Assembly (NCBI RefSeq): GCF_028368995.1
Contig: NZ_JAQNDL010000001.1
Location: 1,760,001-1,824,000 of the forward strand
Length of the DNA: 64,000 bases
Direction: 5' to 3'
From: Nannocystis bainbridge
GTDB taxonomy: Bacteria > Myxococcota_A > Polyangia > Nannocystales > Nannocystaceae
In this document: in pieces, positions 1 through 11,103 of the stretch
Numbering within the stretch: position 1 is the first letter of the stretch
Layout: every line of letters starts with the position of its first letter
The notes under the pieces: model-generated
Told to the model about the DNA's origin: nothing
The model's database searches: none
What the model saw: only the letters and a program-made list of their open reading frames with translations
Translations under genes and position numbers: made by a program

Positions 1-90
1 GGTGCTGTCGGTGACGATGAGCTTGCCCTCGTGAACCAAGCTGCAGGGCTCCGGTGCGGCTGTCGTGGAGCCCGGCATCGTTTCAGACAT
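1..90 (-). CDS. 5' end of a CDS running off the left edge (MSETMPGSTTAAPEPCSLVHEGKLIVTDST...), product uncertain
   Basis: ATG at 90-88 and an open frame to position 1 with GC3-rich codons. 'KLIVTDST' loosely recalls citrate synthase N-termini but is too short to call. Confidence 0.4.
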   Translation of the reverse strand, partial: MSETMPGSTTAAPEPCSLVHEGKLIVTDST

Positions 91-242
91 GACTGAAGCA
101 TCGGCGGTCGAATTGTCGGCACCGCCGTCATCACGCGGCGGATCATCCCCGCACGCCGCCGAAAAGAGGGCGAAGATCATCACTACCCTCCTCGTCCAGG
201 AACCCCTCCGTAGGCGGCTCCGGCGGGGGCCAGGGCCGTGCT

Positions 243-1034
243 TCACAGCATGTCGCCTTCGGGCAGCTCGATCCCGTCGTCGCGGCTCGACTCGTCCATG
301 CGGCGGGCGCCTTCCAGCAGCAGCGCGGTGATCGAGCTGCCGATCTGGTCGCGCATCTCGACCGGCAGCGCGCGGAACTCGAACTGCCCGGCCGACCATT
401 GGAGGGCGTGGTAGACGGTATCGACGTGGCGGGCCTCCGGGCCCACGTCCATGAACGCGTCGACGACCCGGCCCTGGGTCAGGAACAGGCGGCAGCGCTC
501 CTGGGGGTGGTCGCGGTGCAGCACCAGCAGCCCGGTCTTGCGCTCCATCTCGAGCAGCACCAGCAGCGAGGCGACGCCGATGTCCTCGAGGTTGCCGTTG
601 AAGCCGCGGGCGCTGGTCGGGGTGACCTCGCGGACCTGCTCGCGGGCGGCGCCGTGGAGGTGCTGGCTGCGGCGCAGCACGCTGGCGACGCGGGCCGCCA
701 GCTCCTCGGGGCGGAACGGCTTGGGCAGGTAATCGTCGGCGCCGAGGCGGAAGCCCTGCAGCTTGTCCTCGGCCGAGTCGAGCGCGGTGAGGAAGATGAA
801 CGGGGTCAGGGCCAGGCGCGGGGTGGCCCGCACGCGGGTGACGAGGGTCCAGCCGCTCATGCCCGGCATCATGACGTCGGAGATGACGAGGTCCGGCGGG
901 TCGGCCATGGCCTTGGCGAGCGCGACGGTGCCGTCGCTGGCGGTCGTCAGCGCGTAGTCCTGGTCGCGCAGAGCCGCCAGGACGACTCGTTGAATCCACA
1001 GGTCGTCGTCGACGACCAAGATCTTGGCTGGCAT
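243..1034 (-). CDS. Response regulator, REC + DUF4388 (PATAN-like) domain
   Basis: KILVVDDD...DLVISDVMMPGMSG...FLTA...DYLPKPF receiver motifs; C-terminal GNLEDIGVASLLVLLEMERKTG...WSAGQFEF...LLLEGARRMDE is typical of DUF4388. Start at 1034 (MPAKIL); 1067 is an alternative. Confidence 0.9.
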   Translation of the reverse strand: MPAKILVVDDDLWIQRVVLAALRDQDYALTTASDGTVALAKAMADPPDLVISDVMMPGMSGWTLVTRVRATPRLALTPFIFLTALDSAEDKLQGFRLGADDYLPKPFRPEELAARVASVLRRSQHLHGAAREQVREVTPTSARGFNGNLEDIGVASLLVLLEMERKTGLLVLHRDHPQERCRLFLTQGRVVDAFMDVGPEARHVDTVYHALQWSAGQFEFRALPVEMRDQIGSSITALLLEGARRMDESSRDDGIELPEGDML

Positions 1035-1059
1035 GGCGGAGCTCCTGCTCGGTGGTTTG

Positions 1060-4000
1060 TCATGCATGCGGGACCCTGTCCGGGAGGCGCGCGCGGAGGG
1101 CCGTGATCGCGGCGCGCACGGCGACGGCGAGGTGGTCGATGTCGGCGCGCAGATCGGCCAGGGCCGCGCTGGCGCTGGCGGCCTCGACCCGCGCTGCCGT
1201 GGCGGCGATCGCGGCGAAGCCGGCGGTGGCGGCCGTGCCCTTGAGGGTGTGCGCGTGCAGCCGCAGCTGCGGTCGCGAGGCGTCGGCCAGAGCGGCGACG
1301 AGGCCCTCGCTCGAGCCGCGCAGCGAGTCGCCGAGCAAGCCGGATAGCTCGCGCAGCTCGTCGGCGTCGCTGCCGGCCATGGCGTGCAACTGGCTGAGGA
1401 CGCCGGCGAGCTCGTCGGCGGCGAGCTCGAGCCCGGGCGGCGGTGCCGCGGCGAGCTCGTCGGCGAGCCCGGGCCCGGACGTGGTGATTGGCGCGGCGAG
1501 CTCGTCGGCGCCGAGCCCCGGCCCGGACGTCGCCATGATGGCGGGCTCGTCAGCGAGTTCGGGCTCCCGCGCGCCGACCAAGCCGGCGCCCTCGAGGTGC
1601 CGCGCGAGCGCCCCCTCGAGCAGGTGCATCGGCAACGGCTTGGTCAACACCTCGGCCATGCCGGCGTCGAGGCAGCGCCGCGCGTCGGCGCCGGAGGCCG
1701 CGGCCGTGAGCCCGAGGATCGGGGTGCCGGCGTTGGGCGAGCCGCCGCCGCGGATCCGCCGGGTGGTCTCGATGCCGTCCATCTCCGGCATCTGATAGTC
1801 CATGAGGATGAGGTCGTAGACGGTGCCGGTGGTCTTCTCGAGCGCCTCGGCGCCGCTGCCCGCGACCTCGTGGCCGTAGCCGAGGTGGTCGAGCAAGTGG
1901 GTGGCGACGATCTGGTTGAAGGTGTTGTCCTCGACGACGAGGATCTTGCGCCGCGCCCTGGCGGCCCGCAGGCGCTCGTCGGGGCCGCCGTCGCCGCCCG
2001 GGCTGACGGGCGCGGCTTCGCCGAGGGCCCGGGCGAGCGCGGCCCGGACCTGGGCCCGCCGCAGCGGGGCGCCGAGGGCGACGTCGGCGTCGTCGCGCAG
2101 CCACGGGGCGACGGTGACGACGTCGGGCTGCTGGGCGGCGTCGTCGTCGGCGTCGACGAAGCGGATGGCGCGGCCGGAGGGCGCGCGGTCGCCCTCGTGG
2201 ACCTCGACGCCGTCGGCCCGCAGCAGCTCGCGCAGGGCCTCGCGCTGGCCGGCGCTGCGCAGCTGCACCCAGGCGATCACGGGCCGCTCGCGCGCGGGAC
2301 CCGGGGCCGCCGCGGCGACGGCGGGCAGCGGCAGCGCGACGCAGAACTCGGAGCCGCGGCCAGGCTCGCTGACGACTTCGATGCGGCCGCTCATCGCCTC
2401 ACTGAGGCGGCGGCAGATCGCCAGGCCGAGGCCGGTGCCGCCGAACCGCCGCGTGGTCGACGAGTCGACCTGCGAGAAGGCGTGGAACAGCCGGTGCTGC
2501 CGGTCGGCGGGGATGCCGATGCCGGTGTCGCGGACGCGGAATGTCAACATGTCCCCGGGGCCAGGTTCGCAGCGGAGCGCGACCTCGCCGCCGCGCGGGG
2601 TGAACTTGAGGGCGTTGGTGGCGAGGTTGAGGAGGATCTGGCGCAGGCGCGTGGCGTCGCCGAGGACCCCGGCGGGCACGTCGTGGGCGACGATCGCCGC
2701 GAGGTCGATGGCCTGCTCGCGGGCCATGCCGGCGACGATGTCGGCGACCTCCTCGACGCACTCGCGCGGCGAGAAGGCGGCGGTCTCGAGCTCGAGCTTG
2801 CCGGCCTCGATCTTCGAGAAGTCGAGGATGTCGTTGACGAGCGACAGCAGGATGTCGCCCGATTTCTTGATCGTCTGGGCGTAGGTGTGAGCCTGCGGCG
2901 GCAGGCCGCGCACGGTGACGAGCAGGCCGGCCATGCCGAGGATGCCGTTCAGCGGGGTCCGGATCTCGTGGCTCATGGTCGTCAAGAAGGATGACTTGGC
3001 GACGGTGGCGGCCTCGGCGACCTCCTTGGCGTGGCGCAGCTCGCGGGTGCGCTCGAGGACGCGGGCCTCGAGGGTGCGCGAGTACTCCTCGAGCACGCGC
3101 CGCTGCTCGCGGGCCTCGGCGACCAGGCGGGCGTTCTTCACCGAGATCGCGGCCTGGGCGGCGAGGACCTCGAGCACGCGCACGCTCTCGGCCGTGAAGG
3201 CGCCGGGCAAGGAGTTGTGCTCGACGTGGAGGGCGCCGGTCAGCTCGCCGTGCAGCAGGAACGGGACGCAGGCGGCCGCCCGGGTGCCGCGCAGGCGGAC
3301 CACCGGGTCGTCGCCGAAGCGCGGGTCGAGGGCGGCGTCGGCGACGATCACCGGGGCCCGGGTGCGCGCGGTGTATTGAATGATGGCCGCGGGCGGGTCG
3401 CCAGGGTCGCCGCCGAGCGGGCTCGGCTCGCACATGAATTGCTCGTCCTCGACGCCGCCGCGGGCCCACACGCGCCAGCCGTCGGGCTCGCGCCGCAGCA
3501 GCCACCCGCGCTCGGCCCCGGCGATGCGCACGGCGGTGGCCATGGTGGCGTCGACGATGCGCGCCTCGTCGAGCTCGCGGCTGATCGCCTGGCTGGCGCG
3601 GATGACCGCCAGCACGTCGATCGATTCGCCGGTCGCCGGGGCGGCCGTTCGGCGCAGCTCGGGCCAGGCGCCGGCGAGCCCGGCGACGATGGCGGTGGCG
3701 CCCCAGGCGGCGTGGCGATCGCTGGCCTCGCGGGCGTAGGCGGCGGCGACCCGCGAACGCCCGGCGGCGCCGTGGTGAGCGGCGGCGAGGCGACAGGCGA
3801 GGCCGGCCTCGTGGACGAAGCCGTGGGCGTTGGCGAGGTCGATCGCGCGGTCGTAGCCGCGGCTGGCCTCGTCGTCGGCGCCGCGGACCCGCGCCGCCTC
3901 GGCGCGCACGAGCGCGAGCTTGTGGGCGAAGGTCTCGGGCGCGGACCCGGCCCAGCGCACCAGCGGGGCGTCGCCTTCGAGCTCGACCGCCAGGTCGGCC

Positions 4001-7000
4001 GCGCCCGCGCCGGCCCGGCGCACGCCGAGGCGCGCGAGCAGGTCGTGAAAGCGATGCACGGCCGGGTAGAGGATGCCGACCACGCCGTCGAGGAATTCGT
4101 CGGCCGCGCGACTGCTGCGCCCGGCCGCCTCGGAGTCGCCGAAGTGGAGCGCCAGCATGGCCTCGAACATGTGCAGGCAGAACAGCAACATGCGGTAGTT
4201 GCTGGCGCGGAAGGCCGCGAGGGCGCGCTCGCGGTCGAGGACGGCGCCGTCGAGGCGGAGCGGGTCCTGGGCCTCGCCGCGCAGGTTGGCCGCGGTCTGC
4301 AGGGCGAGCGCGAGGTAGAAGTTGGCGAGGTCCTGACGGATCTTGCGCAGCTCGGCGGCGATCGGCTCGGCAGCGGCGAGCAGCTCGGGCAGCGGGGTGC
4401 CGCGCAGCAGGGTATAAATGCAGAACTCGGCGCCGCCGTAGCCGACGTACTCGTGAGCGCCGGTCTCGCGGCCGAGCTCGTAGGCGCGGCGCAGGGTGGC
4501 GATCGCCTGCGGCAGCGGCTCCTTCCACACCTGGATGTGCGAGCCGAACACCTTGATGACGCGGCAGCGGATCTGGAGGTCGTCGAAGCGGGCCGCGAGC
4601 CGCTGGGCCAGGCGACCAAAGGCGTGGCCGGCGTCGAGCTCGAGGGCGCTGCACAGCAGCAGGCCGTTGAGGCAGCAGCCATAGGCGATCGGGGCCGAGA
4701 CGCCGTGGCTGCGAGCGACTGCGATCATGGTGAGGATGATCGGCCGCAGCAGCTCGGGGCGAGTCCAGTAGGTCGGGCCGATGATGTCGCCGAGGACCTC
4801 GACGACGGCCGACAGCCGCGGGTCGACGAGGTCAGGCCGCTCGGCGAGGGCGTCGATCTCGGCCGGGGTGAAGCGGAGCTCCCGCTGCAGCCGCTCGGTC
4901 TCGCCGGCGAGCTCGGCGGCGGTGCGCGGCAAGGGGACGCCGAGGCGGTCGAGGATCGCCAGGGCGGTGTCGATGGCCCGCGGCATCTGATCGCTCTGGA
5001 TGGCGTAGAGGGCGATCTGCTGGCGGGCGACGCGGACGCGGCCGAGCAGGTCGGGGGCGCGGGCCAGGGCGACGGCGGCGAGGGCCTCGGCGCGGGCGTA
5101 GTCGCCGGTGGCGTAGCCGGCCTCGACGGCGGCGAGGTGAGCGTTCAGGGCCAGCTCGGGGTCGTCGCACCAGGCGGCCTCCCCGGCGGCCGCGACCGCG
5201 GCCTCGGCGTACACGCGGGCCGAGTCGTGAGCCGCGGCGGCGGCGGCCCGCAGCGCGGCCCGCAGCTCGAGGTGGGCGATCTGCCGCCGCTGGGCCGGGT
5301 CGAGCAGCGCGGGCAAACCGAGGCCGAGCTGGACGGCGACCTCGAACAGGCGCTCCTCGAGCGCACCCGGGCCGAGGCCGCGGTGCAGCGCGAGGCCGAT
5401 GCGCAGGTGCAGGGCCGGGCGCGCGTCGACCGGGATGCTGGCGAGCGCGGCCTGCTGCACGCGGTCGTGGATGAAGCGCACGCCGTCGTCGGTGGCGACC
5501 AGCAAGCCGGCGTCGACCAGCGGGGCCAGGGTGGCCTGCAGCGCGGCCGCGGTGAGGCCGAGGGCCCAGGCGAGGGCGTCGCTGCGCACGCGGCTGCCGA
5601 GGCAGGCGGCGACCTGCAGCAGCTCGCGCTCGTCGCCGCCGAGGTCGTCGAGGCGACCGTCGAGGAAGGCGACCACGTCGTCGCGGATGTCGACCGGCTG
5701 GACCGCGCCCTCGCGCCAGCGCCAGCGCTCGGCGTCGTCGTCCCAGCGGAGGGCGCCGCGCTGGGCGAACGAGCGCAGCAGCTGACCGGCGAAGAAGGGG
5801 TTGCCGCGGGTCTTCTCCCACAGCAGGGTGGCGAGCGGGGCGACGCGCTCGGGCTGGTCGCCGAGGGCGTCGGCGACCATGCGCTGCATCTGCGACGGAT
5901 CGAGCGGGCGGATCAGCAGCGCGGTGACCCGCGCGCCGGTGGCTTCGATCTGCGACAGGGCGATGCGCAGCGGGTGGTCGGCCTCGACATCGCCGCCGCG
6001 ATAGGCGCCGAGCAGCAGCAGGTGGTGGGTGCCCGGATCGGTGGCCAGGGCGCGCAGCAGCCGGAGCGAGCCGGAGTCGGCCCACTGGAGGTCGTCGAGG
6101 AACAGCGCGAGCGGCCGCCCGTCGTAGGTGAGCGCCTGCAGCAGGTGGATGAAGACGGCCTCGAAGCGGGCCTGGGCCTCGGCCGGCGGCAGGGTCGAGA
6201 CCGGCGGCTGGGGCCCGAGCACCAGCTCGAGCTCGGGCAGGACCTCGACGACGAGCTGCGCGTGAGGGCCGAGCGCCGCGGTCACCACGGTCCGCCAGTG
6301 ACCGACGAACGCGTCGCTCTGGGCCAGCAGACGCAGCACCGCGGGGCGCAGGGCCTGGATGTAGGCGTCGTACGGCTTGGCCTGGCGGGTCTGGTCGAAC
6401 TTGCCGGCGAAGAAGCGGCCGCCGAGCGCGTGCATGGCGGTGTGCAGGGCGTGCACGAGGGCGGTCTTGCCGACGCCGGCGGCGCCGCGCACCAGCACGA
6501 CCTCGGTGCCGCCGTGCACGGCCCGCTCGCCGGCCTGGCGCAGGGCGGCGACCTCGACGTCGCGGCCGTAGAGGCGATCGGGCAGGCTGAAGCGGCCGCC
6601 GCGGTCGCGCCGGCCGGGGATGAAGTCGACGAGCGGGGCGTCGCCGGTCAGCGCGGCCCGGATCCGCCGCAGGTCGTGGGCGACGCTGGCGGCCGAGGCG
6701 TAACGAGCGTCGGGTGACTTGGCCAGCAGCTTGAGCACGACCTGCGACAGCGCCGGCGGGACGTCGTCGGCGAGCCGCTCGGGGGCGATCGGGGCGCGGG
6801 CCATGTGGCCGTGCACGCGCTCGAGCAGGTCGTCGCTGGCGAACGGCGCGACGCCGGTGAGGAGCTGGTAGAGGCACGCGCCGAGGGCGTAGAGATCGGT
6901 GTGCGGGCCGATCACGAGGTCGGCGCGGCCGAGCTGCTCGGGCGCCGCGTGATCGACGGCGACGGGCAATGCGGCCACCGGCGCCCCGGGCTCGCGCAGC

Positions 7001-7416
7001 GCCGGCCCGCCGAGCAGGCGCACTTCGTCGTGCCCGGCGTCGGCGAAGATGTGCGGGGGCTGCAGCTCGAGGTGAAGCAGCCCGCGCGCGTGCAGCTCGC
7101 CGAGGATCTCGGCGACGCGCAGGCCGACGCGCACGACCGCCGACGCCGGCAGCGACGCGGTCGCCAGCGGGTCGAGGCCAAAATCGTCGTACTCGACCGC
7201 GGGCCGCGGCTCGCGGACCATCCGCCGCGGCTTCATGAACCCGGCCGGCAGCTGCTCGCCGAGCTCGACCTCGCGGGCCAGCGCGGCGACCAGCGACGCG
7301 TCGACCGGCACCCGCCACTCGCGACGCAAGACCGGGCGACCGCCCCGCACCCGCACGAGCCGCGAGGTCTCGCCCTCGAAGAGGGTGACCTCGACCGCTT
7401 CGCCGGCGCGGGACAT
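1060..7416 (-). CDS. Multidomain hybrid sensor: degenerate Ser/Thr kinase - AAA ATPase - TPR-like - GAF - HisKA/HATPase - REC - Hpt
   Basis: Walker A GAAGVGKT; Walker [11 protein letters not shown]; TRGNPFF; H-box [10 protein letters not shown]; [21 protein letters not shown]; REC VEDN...LILMDYQMP; Hpt HAHTLKG. Likely start MSRAGEAV at 7416; the ORF track extends to 7662. Confidence 0.92.
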   Translation of the reverse strand: MSRAGEAVEVTLFEGETSRLVRVRGGRPVLRREWRVPVDASLVAALAREVELGEQLPAGFMKPRRMVREPRPAVEYDDFGLDPLATASLPASAVVRVGLRVAEILGELHARGLLHLELQPPHIFADAGHDEVRLLGGPALREPGAPVAALPVAVDHAAPEQLGRADLVIGPHTDLYALGACLYQLLTGVAPFASDDLLERVHGHMARAPIAPERLADDVPPALSQVVLKLLAKSPDARYASAASVAHDLRRIRAALTGDAPLVDFIPGRRDRGGRFSLPDRLYGRDVEVAALRQAGERAVHGGTEVVLVRGAAGVGKTALVHALHTAMHALGGRFFAGKFDQTRQAKPYDAYIQALRPAVLRLLAQSDAFVGHWRTVVTAALGPHAQLVVEVLPELELVLGPQPPVSTLPPAEAQARFEAVFIHLLQALTYDGRPLALFLDDLQWADSGSLRLLRALATDPGTHHLLLLGAYRGGDVEADHPLRIALSQIEATGARVTALLIRPLDPSQMQRMVADALGDQPERVAPLATLLWEKTRGNPFFAGQLLRSFAQRGALRWDDDAERWRWREGAVQPVDIRDDVVAFLDGRLDDLGGDERELLQVAACLGSRVRSDALAWALGLTAAALQATLAPLVDAGLLVATDDGVRFIHDRVQQAALASIPVDARPALHLRIGLALHRGLGPGALEERLFEVAVQLGLGLPALLDPAQRRQIAHLELRAALRAAAAAAHDSARVYAEAAVAAAGEAAWCDDPELALNAHLAAVEAGYATGDYARAEALAAVALARAPDLLGRVRVARQQIALYAIQSDQMPRAIDTALAILDRLGVPLPRTAAELAGETERLQRELRFTPAEIDALAERPDLVDPRLSAVVEVLGDIIGPTYWTRPELLRPIILTMIAVARSHGVSAPIAYGCCLNGLLLCSALELDAGHAFGRLAQRLAARFDDLQIRCRVIKVFGSHIQVWKEPLPQAIATLRRAYELGRETGAHEYVGYGGAEFCIYTLLRGTPLPELLAAAEPIAAELRKIRQDLANFYLALALQTAANLRGEAQDPLRLDGAVLDRERALAAFRASNYRMLLFCLHMFEAMLALHFGDSEAAGRSSRAADEFLDGVVGILYPAVHRFHDLLARLGVRRAGAGAADLAVELEGDAPLVRWAGSAPETFAHKLALVRAEAARVRGADDEASRGYDRAIDLANAHGFVHEAGLACRLAAAHHGAAGRSRVAAAYAREASDRHAAWGATAIVAGLAGAWPELRRTAAPATGESIDVLAVIRASQAISRELDEARIVDATMATAVRIAGAERGWLLRREPDGWRVWARGGVEDEQFMCEPSPLGGDPGDPPAAIIQYTARTRAPVIVADAALDPRFGDDPVVRLRGTRAAACVPFLLHGELTGALHVEHNSLPGAFTAESVRVLEVLAAQAAISVKNARLVAEAREQRRVLEEYSRTLEARVLERTRELRHAKEVAEAATVAKSSFLTTMSHEIRTPLNGILGMAGLLVTVRGLPPQAHTYAQTIKKSGDILLSLVNDILDFSKIEAGKLELETAAFSPRECVEEVADIVAGMAREQAIDLAAIVAHDVPAGVLGDATRLRQILLNLATNALKFTPRGGEVALRCEPGPGDMLTFRVRDTGIGIPADRQHRLFHAFSQVDSSTTRRFGGTGLGLAICRRLSEAMSGRIEVVSEPGRGSEFCVALPLPAVAAAAPGPARERPVIAWVQLRSAGQREALRELLRADGVEVHEGDRAPSGRAIRFVDADDDAAQQPDVVTVAPWLRDDADVALGAPLRRAQVRAALARALGEAAPVSPGGDGGPDERLRAARARRKILVVEDNTFNQIVATHLLDHLGYGHEVAGSGAEALEKTTGTVYDLILMDYQMPEMDGIETTRRIRGGGSPNAGTPILGLTAAASGADARRCLDAGMAEVLTKPLPMHLLEGALARHLEGAGLVGAREPELADEPAIMATSGPGLGADELAAPITTSGPGLADELAAAPPPGLELAADELAGVLSQLHAMAGSDADELRELSGLLGDSLRGSSEGLVAALADASRPQLRLHAHTLKGTAATAGFAAIAATAARVEAASASAALADLRADIDHLAVAVRAAITALRARLPDRVPHA

Positions 7417-7636
7417 GGCGTGAGGATATCCCCACGGCCGCGCCGCGGTCGCCCGAACGGCGAACTTCCCCCCGCATTTCGCATGCGGCAGCGCGGAGTC
7501 GAGCGCAGACAATGGCCATTCCAGCGGGCTCGACCGGCCGGCGATGGCGGTGGGGGTGCGACGGCGGGCACATCCTCGCACTGCGGAGACCGGCCGCCGG
7601 CAAGCCCTGCGCGCGGCCCAGGCCGTGGTGCCCGCA

Positions 7637-7653
7637 TTGGCGCAGGCACTGCC
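7637..7653 (+). promoter_or_regulatory. Candidate sigma54 (-24/-12) promoter
   Basis: TTGGCGCAGGCACTGCC fits GG-N10-GC with a TGGCRC core and is followed by an AT-rich tract (7660-7700). Confidence 0.4.
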
Positions 7654-8089
7654 GCCATTCACGAAAACATGTACTTACTTGCCCGAGTATGAACAATGCA
7701 CAATCCGACCGCGATTCGAGCCCGCGCTGCTCGCCGGCCCGAGGTCGTGCGCGTGGGATCTCCGACTCGCAGAAGATCGTCGGCGCGGCGTCGACCTCGC
7801 CGCGCGTGATGACCGCCGCGATCCCTCGACCCGGCGCGAGGAGGTTCTCTTTTCGACATGTCCCATGAGACATATCGCATCGCGGCCGACGAGGTCGGCG
7901 CCTGCCGAGGACCGCGGGCGAGCGAGGCCGATCTTCGTCGAGGTCCTCGCCAGCGCCACGAGCCGCGTGCTTCGAAGCGGCGCCGCGGGGCAGCGGAATT
8001 TACTCGGCCCTCTCCGTCCGCCGGCGTCGGCAGACGCGCGTTTCGGCGCCACCCGCGCATGATGCGCAGGAGCTGTGAAACGTTGTACC

Positions 8090-8311
8090 GTGGCACCCGT
8101 GACCCCGATTGAGCGGATTCGACAGCAGTTCCAGGACGCCCTCGAGAACCTCGAGGCGCACGCGGTCCTCGAGCGCCTGAAGCAGGACCTCCCGTCGCTC
8201 TCGCTGCGCGAGCTGGGCGAGATCCTCAAGAGCCCGATGGCCCGCTCGGTGGGCAGTCTGCCCGCCCGCGAGCTGCTGGCCGCCGCCGCCAACCCGCGCG
8301 CAAAGGCGTGA
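8090..8311 (+). CDS. Small helical hypothetical protein (about 73 aa)
   Basis: GTG at 8090; strong GC3 bias; amphipathic sequence IERIRQQFQDALENLEAHAVLERLKQDLPSLSLRELGEILKSP. Confidence 0.75.
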   Translation: MAPVTPIERIRQQFQDALENLEAHAVLERLKQDLPSLSLRELGEILKSPMARSVGSLPARELLAAAANPRAKA

Positions 8312-8491
8312 CCGCTGGCGTGAGCGCCGGCGAGTCACCGCGTCGGCCCTGATCCGCAGCGAACGGGCCCGCGCGCGAAGGCGTGACCGCCCGCGAGTCG
8401 CCGCGTCGGCCCTGACACGCAGCGAACGGGCCCGCGAGCTCGGCCTCCCGCTTCGCAGCGAACGGCCCGCGCGCCCCGCTTCGCAGCAAAC
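8303..8491. repeat. Intergenic direct repeats (63-bp period, 2 copies plus partial copies)
   Basis: GCGAGTC(A/G)CCGCGTCGGCCCTGA..CGCAGCGAACGGGCCCGCG at 8330 and 8393; shorter CGCAGCGAACGG and CGCAGCAAAC copies at about 8454 and 8482. Confidence 0.75.
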
Positions 8492-8569
8492 ACCGCTGCA
8501 CCTCCCCACCGGACTCGCGTGCCGCGGGGCGGCCGGCTTGATACGCTCGCCGGCGTTCCGGAGGGCAGC

Positions 8570-9940
8570 ATGGTGAATTTCGACATCGACGAGGCGACGG
8601 CGGGCGAGACGGCCCGCGCCGTCACTGAAGGCAAGATCTCCGCGCTCGAGGCCTGCGACGCCGCGATCGCCCGCATCGAGGCGCGTGACGGATCGGTCCA
8701 CGCCGTCGTCGTCCGCGACTTCGAGCGGGCGCGCGCCGCGGCCCAGGCGTTCGACGCCGCGGGCGACCGGCGCGCCTCGCCGCTGGCCGGCGTGCCGATC
8801 ACCGTCAAGGAGTCGCACGACGTCGCCGGCCTACCGACCACCTGGGGCTTCGCCCAGTTCGCCTCCCTGCCCGTCACCGCCGACTCGGTCGCCGTGGCGC
8901 GGCTCAAGGCCGCCGGCGCGATCGTCCTCGGCAAGACCAATGTCCCGGTGGCGCTCGGCGACTGGCAGGCCGCCAACCCGGTCTACGGCCGCACCCTCCA
9001 TCCGCACGACCCCTCGCGCACGCCTGGCGGCTCCTCGGGCGGTGCCGCCGCGGCGCTCGCCACACGCATGGTCCCGCTCGAGCTCGGCTCCGACATCGGC
9101 GGATCGATCCGCGTGCCGGCGCACCTGTGCGGCGTGTTCGGCCACAAGCCGACCTACGGGCTCGTGCCGATGCAGGGGCACGCTTTCCCGACCACCGACG
9201 GCGCCGAGTTCGACCTCGCCGTGCTCGGGCCGATGGCTCGCTGCGCCGCCGACCTCGCGCTCGCGCTCGACATCGTCGCCGGTCCGCTCCCCGGCTCCGC
9301 CTATCGCCTGGCGCTGCCGCCACCGCGCCACGCCAGCCTCGCCGAGCACCGCGTGCTCGTGCTCGACGCCCACCCGGTCGCCGGCACCGACGCCGCCGTG
9401 CGCGAGCCGATCGCCGCCCTCGCCGAGGCCCTGGCCGCCGCTGGCGCGCGCGTGCTCCGGCATCACGACGCCCTGCCCGACCTGACGCGGGCCCACGCCG
9501 ATTACCGCGACATGCTGCTGACCATCCTCTCGCGCGGCACCCCGAACGCCACCCCGGTCGACGCCCACGCGTGGATGAGCCTCAAGGACGCGCAGGCCCG
9601 CCTGGCGCGGCGCTGGCAGCGGCTGTTCGACGACATCGACGTCGTCCTGACCCCGCCGTTCGGCGTCACCGCCTTCGCCCACGACGACCGCCCCGACTGG
9701 GCGGACCGCCGCCTCGTGATCGACGGCGCCGAGACGCCGTACGGGGTGCAGATGGCGTGGCCGGGCCTGGCCACGTTCCCCGGCCTGCCGGCCACCGCCG
9801 CCCCGCTGGGCCTGTCGCGCGCGGGCCTGCCGACCGGCGTGCAAATCATCGGCGACCTGTTCGCCGACCGCACGACGATCGCCTTTGCAGGGCTGCTCGA
9901 GCAGGCCGGCCTGGCGACGGTGCCGAGGCCGCCGCGCTGA
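8570..9940 (+). CDS. Amidase (amidase-signature family)
   Basis: PITVKES, GKTNVP, PGGSSGG and GSDIGGSIRVPAHLCG signature motifs. Confidence 0.95.
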   Translation: MVNFDIDEATAGETARAVTEGKISALEACDAAIARIEARDGSVHAVVVRDFERARAAAQAFDAAGDRRASPLAGVPITVKESHDVAGLPTTWGFAQFASLPVTADSVAVARLKAAGAIVLGKTNVPVALGDWQAANPVYGRTLHPHDPSRTPGGSSGGAAAALATRMVPLELGSDIGGSIRVPAHLCGVFGHKPTYGLVPMQGHAFPTTDGAEFDLAVLGPMARCAADLALALDIVAGPLPGSAYRLALPPPRHASLAEHRVLVLDAHPVAGTDAAVREPIAALAEALAAAGARVLRHHDALPDLTRAHADYRDMLLTILSRGTPNATPVDAHAWMSLKDAQARLARRWQRLFDDIDVVLTPPFGVTAFAHDDRPDWADRRLVIDGAETPYGVQMAWPGLATFPGLPATAAPLGLSRAGLPTGVQIIGDLFADRTTIAFAGLLEQAGLATVPRPPR

Positions 9941-9960
9941 CGCGGGCCCGCTTCAGCGCA

Positions 9961-10767
9961 TCATTCCCGCCACCAGATCGGCTCGACGTGCGGCGCATCG
10001 CCGAGCAGCACCGCCCCCGGGTCTGCTTCGCCGAACAGCGCCCCCAGCTGCGACGAGTACGCGCGCACCGCCGCACTCGCGCGCGGGTCGGGCTCGGCGA
10101 ACACCTGCACCTCGCGGCGCAGCCCCAGGCGCGGCTGCGTCGGCGCCGACAGCATCGCCGCCAGCGGGGCCAGGCACGCCTCGCGCTCGCTCGCCGGCAG
10201 GTACGCCCGCATGAACGCGCTCACACGCGCCGACGCCAGGAACTCCTCCGCCGGCGCGGGCGCCACCGGCTCGCCGTCGACCGCCGCGCCGATCTGCCGC
10301 AGCCGGGCCCGCACCGCGTGGCGCACCAGCGCGTACGGGCGGTCCTCATAAAAACCGACGCGCCCCGCCATCCCCACGTGCGCCGCGTGGACCGCCCGGT
10401 GATCGACGTGCTCGCCGACCCCGAGCGGCAACAGCACCGTCTCCGGTCGCACGCGCATCACCACCGCCGCGATCACCCGCGCCACCTCGGCTGCATCGGC
10501 CGCCTCGACCTCGCCGAGCACCAGCGCGCGGAAGCTCCGCGGCACGCCCAGGCGCTCGGGCGCGTCGCGCAGGCCCACATGCAAAAACTCCGCGCCGAGC
10601 AGCGACGTCGCCGCGACGTCCTCGGCCCGCCGCGTCGCGTGGTCCGCGTCGCCCTCGCTGAACACCGTCGCCACGATCACCCGCTCGCTCCGGGCCCGCG
10701 CCGCCAACCACGCCGGCAAGGAAAGCACCGCGTCGTCGAGGTGCGGCGAGATCACCAACGCCGTCAC
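9961..10767 (-). CDS. PIG-L/LmbE family deacetylase
   Basis: VISPHLDDAVLS, RRAED, GEHVDH, FYEDRPY and AYSSQ motifs; GAGGAG RBS before the GTG at 10767. Confidence 0.9.
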   Translation of the reverse strand: MTALVISPHLDDAVLSLPAWLAARARSERVIVATVFSEGDADHATRRAEDVAATSLLGAEFLHVGLRDAPERLGVPRSFRALVLGEVEAADAAEVARVIAAVVMRVRPETVLLPLGVGEHVDHRAVHAAHVGMAGRVGFYEDRPYALVRHAVRARLRQIGAAVDGEPVAPAPAEEFLASARVSAFMRAYLPASEREACLAPLAAMLSAPTQPRLGLRREVQVFAEPDPRASAAVRAYSSQLGALFGEADPGAVLLGDAPHVEPIWWRE

Positions 10768-10849
10768 GGATCGCTCCTCGGCCGCGCCGCACCGAATGTC
10801 ATCACGGTCTCGTTTCGCGGTGCCACGATTCGCACTCTCCGCTCGACGC

Positions 10850-11055
10850 CTCACCGATTCGCATCACCCGGCCATCGACGCGCGGCGCCTCGATTCGCAC
10901 CATCACCCGGTCAGTGACGCGCGGCGCCTTGAGCCCCGTCACGCGGTCAGCGACGCGCGGCGCCTCGAGCACCATCACCCCGTCAGCGACGCGCGGCGCC
11001 TTGAGCACCATCACCCCGTCAGCGACGCGCGCTACCTCGACTCGCAAGATCACGC
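10850..11055. repeat. Tandem repeat array, about 36-bp unit, 5-6 copies, intergenic inside the biosynthetic cluster
   Basis: GACGCGCGGCGCCT(C/T)GAGCACCATCACCC(C/G)GTCAGC-like units start at 10877, 10916, 10952, 10988 and 11024 (spacings 39, 36, 36, 36); no unique spacers. Confidence 0.85.
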
Positions 11056-11103
11056 CCCCGCCCCTCGCCGAATCGCCCGTCCCCGATGCGCATCCTCGAA
11101 TCT

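Noticed and set aside
3031-6717. 1228-aa + strand ORF, and similar long ORFs at 17706-20699, 25423-27360 and 56243-59995
   Set aside because: Antisense shadows of well-supported genes; stop-poor frames are expected at this GC content.
10850-11055. CRISPR array (36-bp periodicity)
   Set aside because: Units are contiguous degenerate tandem copies with no unique spacers, and there are no cas genes in the window.
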